Part shown: positions 63,480 through 64,000 of the stretch, piece by piece
Position numbering within the stretch: position 1 is the stretch's first letter
How the letters are laid out: every line of letters starts with the position of its first letter
Source of the DNA: Squalus acanthias
Lineage: Eukaryota
Assembly (NCBI GenBank): GCA_030390025.1
Contig: CM059431.1
Coordinates: 117,368,001-117,432,000 of the forward strand
Direction of reading: 5' to 3'
DNA length: 64,000 nucleotides
Translations under genes and position numbers: made by a program
Notes under the pieces: model-generated
The model's input: only the letters and a program-made list of their open reading frames with translations
Told to the model about the DNA's origin: nothing
Database searches by the model: none

Positions 63480-63840
63480 AATCAGGCGGCCGACACGTTT
63501 TACACTTCAGGTAAGTCTAAAACTTTCCTGAGTGGGACAAAGAGGAGCAGGAGTGACCCACCGGGCCCCACAAAGAAAGTTGTGGTCACCTCTGTCCCGG
63601 ACTCTCCTCCTCCCTCCTGTTAGATCCTTCCGAAACCTCCTCTCCGCCACTTACCTGGAAGCTGGCGGCAGCCGCTCTGCATCCTCTTCATATCCGTTCC
63701 GGGTCGGAAGTGCACCAGTGGCATTTAAATGAAGCCCGGCAGTTAAAATCACCATAACCTTCTGTTGCCTCTGCTGGGCAGAAAATAACTGGCCAAAGTG
63801 ATTTCCCACTGGAAACCCACACCGAGTTAAAATCCGCCCC
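63480..63840. mobile_element. Harbinger-type MITE fragment
   Basis: Right terminus GTTAAAATCCGCCCC; inward-facing GTAAGT donors as in other copies. Confidence 0.6.
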
Positions 63841-64000
63841 AGTGTGTGGCTACCTCATTCAAGTCATCTCACGCATCATGGGAAAACGCTGCACCTTTGT
63901 AGTCCAGCAGAATCATATGGAGTGATATTGTAAGACTCCATTGCTGCCATAGAGCATCACTAGACATGAACAAGATTCAGAGATAGGCCAACACAACAAT

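Overview
Repeat-dominated vertebrate non-coding DNA (intronic or intergenic). The repeat families point to a cartilaginous fish such as a shark; this is inference from family content. No intact host protein-coding gene, RNA gene or CRISPR array is recognisable. Most of the window is nested, decayed transposons: several PIF/Harbinger elements (DDE transposase on +, spliced Myb/SANT gene on -, convergent), many Harbinger-type MITEs with GGG(C)/GGCC termini and 3-bp target duplications, CR1 and L2 LINE fragments, Deu-domain SINEs, a Gypsy gag remnant and a probable solo LTR. Two Penelope-like (PLE, GIY-YIG) families are also present. Highlights: (1) a ~2.07 kb PLE insertion forming a near-perfect ~970-bp-arm palindrome; (2) minimal hammerhead ribozyme motifs in both PLE families; (3) four PLE insertions sharing an inverted architecture with family-specific breakpoints and 13-18 bp TSDs; (4) a Harbinger MITE enclosing ~1 kb of non-repeat-looking DNA (possible Pack-type capture); (5) CRE, octamer and splice-donor motifs recurring in Harbinger derivatives; (6) a few isolated exon-like segments of unknown identity. 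Coordinates were read by eye and diffuse boundaries are approximate.
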